From the NCBI GenBank assembly GCA_964355675.1, contig CAYHEC010000004.1:131924-195923 (forward strand): a stretch of DNA of 64,000 bases. The letters run 5' to 3'. The position numbers and the translations under genes are program-made. The notes below the pieces were generated by a model that did not search any database, was not told the DNA's origin, and was given only the letters and a program-made list of their open reading frames with translations. Shown one piece after another: positions 58,222 to 64,000 of this stretch. The stretch comes from an uncultured Caldithrix sp. Lineage in GTDB: Bacteria; Electryoneota; AABM5-125-24; Hatepunaeales; Hatepunaeaceae. The stretch's first letter is position 1; every line of letters starts with the position of its first letter.

Positions 58222-60695
58222 CGATCGCCTTGAAATTTAAACTCAAACGATTGTTTTATCCTGACGTCCACCGGTGTCCCATTTTTCCTGCCCGGTCGAT
58301 AGGCAAGCATGGTTATTACCTGCGTCGCGGCGTCGTCGAACCCGTATCCTTCCGGATCCGCTCTGTTAATTTCAACGTCAGTCACTTCGCCATTAGCCCG
58401 AACCACCAAACTAACTTCCACATGACCGTTCATTCGTTCGCCGTATGCCTCGAATGGATAATAACTCCGCAGGTAGTCATCCAAAACCTGTGAAGATGTA
58501 ATCAATAGCGGAATCTCATCAACTTTATTCGCTTCGTAAATGACTGGTTCTGCAGGTGTATCATTTGGAATGCGGTCGTCGAGATATGCATCAGGATAAT
58601 CTTCAGAAGGAGCATCCTCTTTCTTCGGTTCTTGCGGAACTGCACGGCTCGGTGTGCGACTGACATTTTTAGGAGATCGTTTTTGCGCCAACTTCGCGTA
58701 GGTAGTTCCTGAAAATTTGCTGGATACTTCAGCGTAAAGTTGATTAGCGAGGCTGTCCTGCCCCAATACTGTGCGGGTTATGAATGCCGCCGCAAGTAAT
58801 CCCCTTGCGCCAGCAGTATCTCCTGAGTCCGCCACTTCTGCCGCTAAAAGGTATAATAATCTCGCCGTTTCCACATCATTCTGATCCCTCCAAATCGCTT
58901 CAGCTGAATCGATTAATGCGGCAGTCTGAGTAGTTGGAGGAAGTTTGACCTCGATACGTAAAGCTTTTTCAGCTCTTTCCCTCCAAATCTTGTCTGGTGG
59001 GTTTGCGAGTATCAAACCATAAAGCGAATCATACGCCAAAGTATCGTTGTGGCTTTTAAAGATATATGCCGCAGTGGCAATACTGCGCGCCCATAATATC
59101 GAATCAAGGTCGGTGGCAAGCAAGGTGTCAATATAATAAGAAGCGCTATCGATGTCATTTCTATCGAAAAGGTGAAGTTCAGCCAGAGACAACCATTCAG
59201 ATTGTTGTTGGGAATGGAAAGAAGATTCGATAGAACACAACTGCAGAGAATCAAGAGGGACTTTGAGGGTATCGGATTGCGGGGCAGATTTGGCGCTTGA
59301 ATCCCTTGCAGTGGTGTCGATTGCCTTAGGCTCAAAATCCAGTAAATTTGCACGTCCGGTCGGATCCGCGGCCATGGCATCCTCAATCATTTTGCCAATT
59401 GGATCATTAGGATCAGATTGGATACCGGGACGAGTCTTCCCTTTAATATCTCCTTTTTTCTTCTTTGAAGATCGATCTTTCGATTTATCAATTTTGTTTT
59501 TTACGAGTAACGAGGAATCTACCCAAACCGTATCTGATGGATAAATTTGTTTAAAGCCTTGACGAGCGCTATCAATCATGGAAAATTGATGAGAATAAAA
59601 TCGCAGTTTCTGGTAATGTTTCATCAAAGCCGCTATTTCAGCGGCAAGTGAGTCCGCCATAGGAACTATTTTGGCTGTCCTTTCGGTTGCTTTGACTGCT
59701 TGAAGGGCGGAAAGCGCGGCGGTATCATCACGGTTGATCTCCCAGTGCAACAAACCCAGTTGATATTGTCCCTCAGCGCCTATCTCTCCGCGTTTTTCGG
59801 TTTCTACAAGATCTTCAAGTCGTTCTTTTGCCTCTTCATTTCTTCCGATTGCCCTTAAAGATTTGGCCGCTTCCAACTCCACCATCGGAAAATCGTCAAC
59901 GAAAGCGCCATCCTTCAATAAAATTTTGCATTCTTCAAATGCCTCCTCAGCATGACCGCTCTCTCTAAGTGCCGACGCTCGTTGAAACGAAGCCTCGAAG
60001 CGAAGGCGCCGCGGGATTTTCTCGCCCAAGATTTCGTTATACAAATCAACCGCTTCTCCGTATCTCTTAAGCAAACTTAATGTCTCACCAGCTTTTACCC
60101 AGCTCTGGCCACGGAGCCAAACGTCATCTACTGCCGACTGCGCGGCGATCCTGAACTCGCTCAGTGCAACTTCGGGCCGTTTTTCGAGGAGGTTGTATTC
60201 ACCCAATCCAAAATGGCCCTGCGCTATATTACTTTTATTAGAAGAATTCAAGAATATTTCACCGAGTATCTGTCGCGCAGAATCGGGTTGAGCGAGACGG
60301 AGCAGTGACAGTCCTTTATATAATCTTGCTTCCTCAACCAAAAGTGATTCTGGAAATCTGGAAAGAAGCTCATCAACCCGACCGGCGGCACTTCGGTATT
60401 TTCCGTCGTAGTAATTGGATTTGGCAATTAGCAACAGCGCGTCATCATCCCATCTGCTACCGGGATAATACTCGAGCATCTTCTCGGCAGAAGCTACCGA
60501 CTTGGCATACCCGGAATTTGAGCTTGCCCGTTTCGATACACCTCGGCTTGGAGTATCGCGTCGTTGTTTCTCGGCAGTCTCAAAGTTTTTCTGGGCGTTA
60601 AAGAAGTAATTGTAATACGCACAGCCGGAAAACAACGACAGAAGGCTCACCGTCAGAAGGCTTACGAGTAAGCTTTTGTAGGTCTGTAAGTTCAA
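58218..60695 (-). CDS. TPR-repeat lipoprotein with C-terminal TonB_C domain
   Basis: 825 aa with a lipobox (LFSGC), multiple TPR-like helical repeats, a Lys-rich linker (SKDRSSKKKKGDIKGK) and a C-terminal TonB-C fold (…GHVEVSLVVRANGEVTDVEI … GTPVDVRIKQSFEFKF). Confidence 0.75.
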   Translation of the reverse strand: MNLQTYKSLLVSLLTVSLLSLFSGCAYYNYFFNAQKNFETAEKQRRDTPSRGVSKRASSNSGYAKSVASAEKMLEYYPGSRWDDDALLLIAKSNYYDGKYRSAAGRVDELLSRFPESLLVEEARLYKGLSLLRLAQPDSARQILGEIFLNSSNKSNIAQGHFGLGEYNLLEKRPEVALSEFRIAAQSAVDDVWLRGQSWVKAGETLSLLKRYGEAVDLYNEILGEKIPRRLRFEASFQRASALRESGHAEEAFEECKILLKDGAFVDDFPMVELEAAKSLRAIGRNEEAKERLEDLVETEKRGEIGAEGQYQLGLLHWEINRDDTAALSALQAVKATERTAKIVPMADSLAAEIAALMKHYQKLRFYSHQFSMIDSARQGFKQIYPSDTVWVDSSLLVKNKIDKSKDRSSKKKKGDIKGKTRPGIQSDPNDPIGKMIEDAMAADPTGRANLLDFEPKAIDTTARDSSAKSAPQSDTLKVPLDSLQLCSIESSFHSQQQSEWLSLAELHLFDRNDIDSASYYIDTLLATDLDSILWARSIATAAYIFKSHNDTLAYDSLYGLILANPPDKIWRERAEKALRIEVKLPPTTQTAALIDSAEAIWRDQNDVETARLLYLLAAEVADSGDTAGARGLLAAAFITRTVLGQDSLANQLYAEVSSKFSGTTYAKLAQKRSPKNVSRTPSRAVPQEPKKEDAPSEDYPDAYLDDRIPNDTPAEPVIYEANKVDEIPLLITSSQVLDDYLRSYYPFEAYGERMNGHVEVSLVVRANGEVTDVEINRADPEGYGFDDAATQVITMLAYRPGRKNGTPVDVRIKQSFEFKFQGDR

Positions 60696-61232
60696 TTAAC
60701 GCCGTCAATGAAATGAGAGATTTGGATTGTAATATTACTATGTGAAATTATGGTTGCTCTTGGAGAGTGGCTTTTCAAGGCGCTCTGTTCGGTCTGAAAC
60801 CCCAACGAGTGTGCTGTCATGGGAATAATGATCGGTAGCATAGCGATTTATCGATCTCATATTGAGATTCGGAAGATAGGGCGCGATAAATCGCTGCGCT
60901 ACCAGCCCCATCATTATTGCTGTAACATGACAGATGATAGGGCGCGGTAAATCGCTGCGCTACCAGCCCCATCATTATTGCTGTAACATGACAGATGATA
61001 GGGCGCGATAAATCGCTGCGCTACCAGCACCATCATTATTGCTGTAACATGACAATAGTGCAGACAAAAGCGGCTTAAAAATCCACTCTATAAGTTCTGT
61101 AATAAATCGACCTGATAAATCTACTTTGATTATCGTTTCGCTAAGATGTTGGGGCACAACTATTGACACCTGACTTTCAATACGTTAAATTACAGTTTCA
61201 TGTAAAATTCACGTTCAATAGGAATATCCCTC
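60696..61232. promoter_or_regulatory. divergent intergenic region between the TPR-TonB operon and rpsT; contains repeat elements
   Basis: 537 bp non-coding region between the start codons of oppositely oriented genes. No promoter motifs were confidently identified by eye. Confidence 0.3.
60875..61057. repeat. 3 × 61-bp perfect-to-near-perfect tandem direct repeat (unit gatagggcgcgataaatcgctgcgctaccagccccatcattattgctgtaacatgacagat), preceded by an inverted partial copy at ~60822-60868
   Basis: Read directly from the sequence. The unit contains the palindrome gcgat-aa-atcgc. Confidence 0.85.
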
Positions 61233-61502
61233 GTGGCACATCATCTTTCCGCAATCAAGCGGATTCGTACAAATAAGAAAGCTAATCTCCGAAATCGTCA
61301 GTACCGTGCTTCGTTGCGCATCGCTTTGCGTCGAGTTCGTGAAGGCGCAACTGTTGATGATAAGAAAGCTCAGTTGGTACTTGCCGTCAGCACGCTCGAC
61401 CGTCTTGCCAGTAAGGGCATCATCCATCGGAATACGGCCGCTCGCAAAAAATCTAATCTTTATCACCAGATCGCTCGGCTTGCGGTAGCCTCGCCCGCTT
61501 AA
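61233..61502 (+). CDS. rpsT: 30S ribosomal protein S20
   Basis: 89 aa starting MAHHLSAIKRIRTNKKANLRNRQYRASLR…KGIIHRNTAARKKSNL. This is the basic S20 pattern and the only plus-strand gene in the window. Confidence 0.9.
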   Translation: MAHHLSAIKRIRTNKKANLRNRQYRASLRIALRRVREGATVDDKKAQLVLAVSTLDRLASKGIIHRNTAARKKSNLYHQIARLAVASPA

Positions 61503-61522
61503 AAACCCTTTGTAGCGAGGCG

Positions 61523-63034
61523 TCACATGTTTACATGATAATTTGGCGCTTCGCGAGTTACAATAACGTCGTGAGGGTGGTTTTCTCGCATTCCGGCGTT
61601 TGTTATACGGACGAATCTCGTTTCTCGCTGAAACGAATCGATGTCTTGACACCCGCAATATCCCATTGCCGCTTTGAGTCCGCCCATCAATTGAAAAACG
61701 GTATCAGCGAGTTTTCCTTTGAAAGGAACTCTACCCTCGATACCTTCAGGAACGAGCTTATCCGCTTCAGCTCCTTCCTGAAAATAACGGTCGGCCGACC
61801 CCTTCTTCATTGCCACCAAAGAACCCATTCCGTAATAGACTTTGTATGATCTGCCTTCCGAAAGGACAACCTCGCCGGGACTTTCATCCATTCCTGCCAA
61901 AATCGACCCAAGCATAACGCTTGACGCCCCTGCCGCAAGAGCTTTAGCGATATCGCCCGAGTACCTTATCCCACCATCAGCAATCATCGGAATATCCATC
62001 TCAGCAAGGGCCTGTGCGCAATCAAGAATTGCTGTCATTTGAGGCACGCCGATTCCAGCGATGACGCGGGTAGTACAAATTGCGCCTGCACCAATTCCAA
62101 CTTTTACACCATCGGCTCCAGCCAAAGCGAGGTCTCGAGCTCCTTCTGCAGTGGCGACATTACCGGCAATCACTTGGGAGTCGGGAAATTTGGCTTTTAT
62201 TTCTTCGACTGTCTTTAATACTCCTTCCGAATGACCGTGGGCAGTATCGACGCAGATAACGTCGGCACCAGCCTCATAAAGTGCTTTAACCCGGTCCATA
62301 GTCCCATCCGCAACACCAACCGCCGCGCCTACTCTAAGCCTGCCTCGCTCGTCTTTGCACGCATCAGGAAACATCTTGTTCTTCTGTATATCCTTGGCAG
62401 TGATTAGCCCGACAAGTTTGTTATTGCTATCCACAACCGGCAGTTTTTCAATCCGGTGCTCTCGCAAAACTTCCTGAGTCTGCTCGATCGTTGTATCGAA
62501 GGGAACCGTAATAATTTTCCCTTTGAACATATAGTGAGAAACCGGTTTACGCAGATCGGTAGCAAACCTGATATCGCGATGAGTAAGCATCCCGACAACA
62601 CAGCCGTTTTCAACAATGGGAATACCAGAAATTCCATATTGATGCATGACGCTCAGCGCCTTAGCCAATGGCGTGGATGGCGGCATGGTAATCGGATTAT
62701 CGATGATAAAACTCTCCGACCGTTTTACAGCATTAACCTGAGCTACTTGCTCTTCAATGGTGAGATTTTTATGGATGATGCCGATTCCACCTTCCCGAGC
62801 CAACGCTATAGCGAGCCTGGAATCAGTCACCGTATCCATTGCGGCGCTAAGAAGAGGCATATTCAAGAAAATTTTTCTCGTCAGTCTGCTCCGAAGGGAC
62901 ACTTGTCTTGGAAGTACCGATGATCTTCTCGGAACAATGAGCACATCGTCAAACGTAAGCGCAAGACGCTCTACTCTTGAATGATGAGAGTATTCTTCAG
63001 TATTCAAATTGTCGGGAGTTGCTTTTACGGGCAT
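61523..63034 (-). CDS. guaB: IMP dehydrogenase
   Basis: 503 aa with a tandem CBS pair, the catalytic loop [11 protein letters not shown], and [27 protein letters not shown]. Confidence 0.95.
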   Translation of the reverse strand: MPVKATPDNLNTEEYSHHSRVERLALTFDDVLIVPRRSSVLPRQVSLRSRLTRKIFLNMPLLSAAMDTVTDSRLAIALAREGGIGIIHKNLTIEEQVAQVNAVKRSESFIIDNPITMPPSTPLAKALSVMHQYGISGIPIVENGCVVGMLTHRDIRFATDLRKPVSHYMFKGKIITVPFDTTIEQTQEVLREHRIEKLPVVDSNNKLVGLITAKDIQKNKMFPDACKDERGRLRVGAAVGVADGTMDRVKALYEAGADVICVDTAHGHSEGVLKTVEEIKAKFPDSQVIAGNVATAEGARDLALAGADGVKVGIGAGAICTTRVIAGIGVPQMTAILDCAQALAEMDIPMIADGGIRYSGDIAKALAAGASSVMLGSILAGMDESPGEVVLSEGRSYKVYYGMGSLVAMKKGSADRYFQEGAEADKLVPEGIEGRVPFKGKLADTVFQLMGGLKAAMGYCGCQDIDSFQRETRFVRITNAGMRENHPHDVIVTREAPNYHVNM

Positions 63035-63442
63035 TGTTTTCTCAGAAATCGGAAGTATTTGAAAATATAATTACGTACTTGAGTAGTTCGCGCAGAAATA
63101 GCGGAGGGATGCATGGACCGGCAAGACAATAAAAGAATATCCAGATAGATGCTCTTGGGAGGCCGAGAATCTTATTGAAATCTCCTTGCCGGGTGGTATC
63201 GGGAAACAAAAGTTCTCCATTTCGTAACTTGTTTAACCTAAAATAATATAGAATTCTCTATTCCAAATCAACTAATATTCGCGGAAATTGATCCACACTC
63301 AAAAACAAACCATAATTCAGATTCAATTTCTACTTTCTGAAAGCACTGGAAGTCCATGGGGTGGTGCCGTCCATCCACTCTAAATATTTGCAAATTAACA
63401 AATCCAAATAGTCCAGTAGGATACGCGTACAATCTCATGAGT

Positions 63443-64000
63443 TCAAAATGAATTATCAGCCGCTAATCGAATTTTTTCGGCCGCCGATCTGGGACGTTTC
63501 TGGCCATAAATAGCGTTGCCCGCCACTAACAATCTCGCGCCAGCTCCAAAAACCATTGGCGCAGTGAACTGGTCTATTCCGCCATCAACCGCGACAACTA
63601 CCTTGTCAGGAAACATTTTTCTGACTTCAGATATTTTACTCAACATTGAGTTCATGAACTTCTGAGCGCCGAATCCGGGTTCGACAGTCATAACAAGTAC
63701 TTGATCCACCAATTCTTCTAATCCCTCTACTGCCTTCGCGGCAGTCCCGGGCTTTAGAACGATACCTGGCCTAATTCCAGCATCCCTAATCCGTTTAAGA
63801 GTTTTCCATGACGTGGGATCTGCCTCTATATGAAAGGTTAGAAAGTCATCACTGTCCAAGCCAGCATCGATGTAACTCGAAACCCACTCGAAGGGTCTTT
63901 CGATCATTAAATGGACGTCAAGAGGTCGGGGCGAAATTTTTTTGATGGCTTTGATGACCGGAGCGCCAAAAGTCAGATTCGGAACGAAATGGCCATCCAT
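63443..64000 (-). CDS. rpe: ribulose-phosphate 3-epimerase (N-terminus truncated by window end)
   Basis: It shows MDGHFVPNLTFGAPV, HLMIE and VDGGID motifs. The ORF runs off the window, with ~35 aa missing. Confidence 0.9.
   Translation of the reverse strand: MDGHFVPNLTFGAPVIKAIKKISPRPLDVHLMIERPFEWVSSYIDAGLDSDDFLTFHIEADPTSWKTLKRIRDAGIRPGIVLKPGTAAKAVEGLEELVDQVLVMTVEPGFGAQKFMNSMLSKISEVRKMFPDKVVVAVDGGIDQFTAPMVFGAGARLLVAGNAIYGQKRPRSAAEKIRLAADNSF

Noticed and set aside
60875-61057. Possible CRISPR array
   Set aside because: The three 61-bp units are directly abutting with no intervening unique spacers, and no cas genes are nearby. It is a tandem minisatellite, not a CRISPR.
60696-61232. Chromosomal replication origin (iteron-like repeats)
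   Set aside because: No DnaA-box consensus (TTATCCACA) clusters, no AT-rich unwinding element, and dnaA/dnaN are not adjacent. The repeats do not resemble DnaA boxes.
61215-61658. 147-aa minus-strand ORF overlapping rpsT
   Set aside because: Its Arg/Lys-rich translation is the antisense image of the basic S20 gene. rpsT on the plus strand has a clear family signature.
1-64000. Mobile genetic element / prophage / integrative element boundaries
   Set aside because: No integrase, transposase, recombinase, tRNA attachment site or phage structural genes were found. The repeats present are short intergenic hairpin elements, not IS termini.

Overview
This 64 kb window is almost entirely coding, and 40 of 41 called genes lie on the minus strand. 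Five proteins end in a C-terminal sorting domain of the type IX secretion system (T9SS; motif (Y)PNPFN … hydrophobic β-strands … K/R), so the source is most likely a bacterium of the FCB group (Fibrobacteres–Chlorobi–Bacteroidetes). This phylum call is an inference. Content runs in four blocks. (1) Positions 1–11.9 kb hold a partial trkA/ktrA-like gene, serS, and a tightly translationally coupled exopolysaccharide/O-antigen operon: polyprenyl-phosphate sugar transferase, GT9, GT2, flippase, Wzy-like polymerase, Wzz-like co-polymerase, a Wzi-like outer-membrane protein and rfbB. This is followed by an aldehyde dehydrogenase. (2) Positions 13.9–39.1 kb form a 25 kb island of four consecutive co-directional T9SS cargo genes of 1948, 356, 2906 and 2941 aa. 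They are built from Ig-like (choice-of-anchor-D/ASH-type), cadherin-like, MAM-like and carboxypeptidase-regulatory-like domains. All four also carry a ~115-residue module I cannot assign to any known family. It occurs 12 times across the four genes (consensus N-x-S-I-L-V/I … G-D/S-E-V/I-G/A-V-F-T-x-x-G-L-C-A-G … G-I/L-A-A-W-G-D-D … G-F-x-x-G-E … F-K/R-V/I-W-D). This module is my main candidate for something undescribed. (3) Positions 39.3–48.9 kb hold a FabK/NMO-like oxidoreductase, a ferritin-like protein, a Bcp peroxiredoxin, a fifth T9SS cargo (C25/clan-CD-like peptidase, 924 aa), and a four-gene membrane-associated cluster of unknown function. (4) Positions 48.9–64 kb are housekeeping: priA, a UbiE/MenG-type methyltransferase, an orphan OppD-like ABC ATPase, split transketolase, cdsA, rlpA, pyrD, pyrK, a TPR–TonB_C fusion, rpsT (the only plus-strand gene), guaB and a partial rpe. 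Non-coding regions carry several repeat families: a 130-bp compound palindrome, a shared hairpin element (cttggagagYggcttttcaag) present at two loci, a 3 × 61-bp tandem repeat with an inverted partial copy upstream of rpsT, and a REP-like hairpin with a TACGGAG loop in three copies. I found no rRNA, tRNA, CRISPR array, integrase or transposase.
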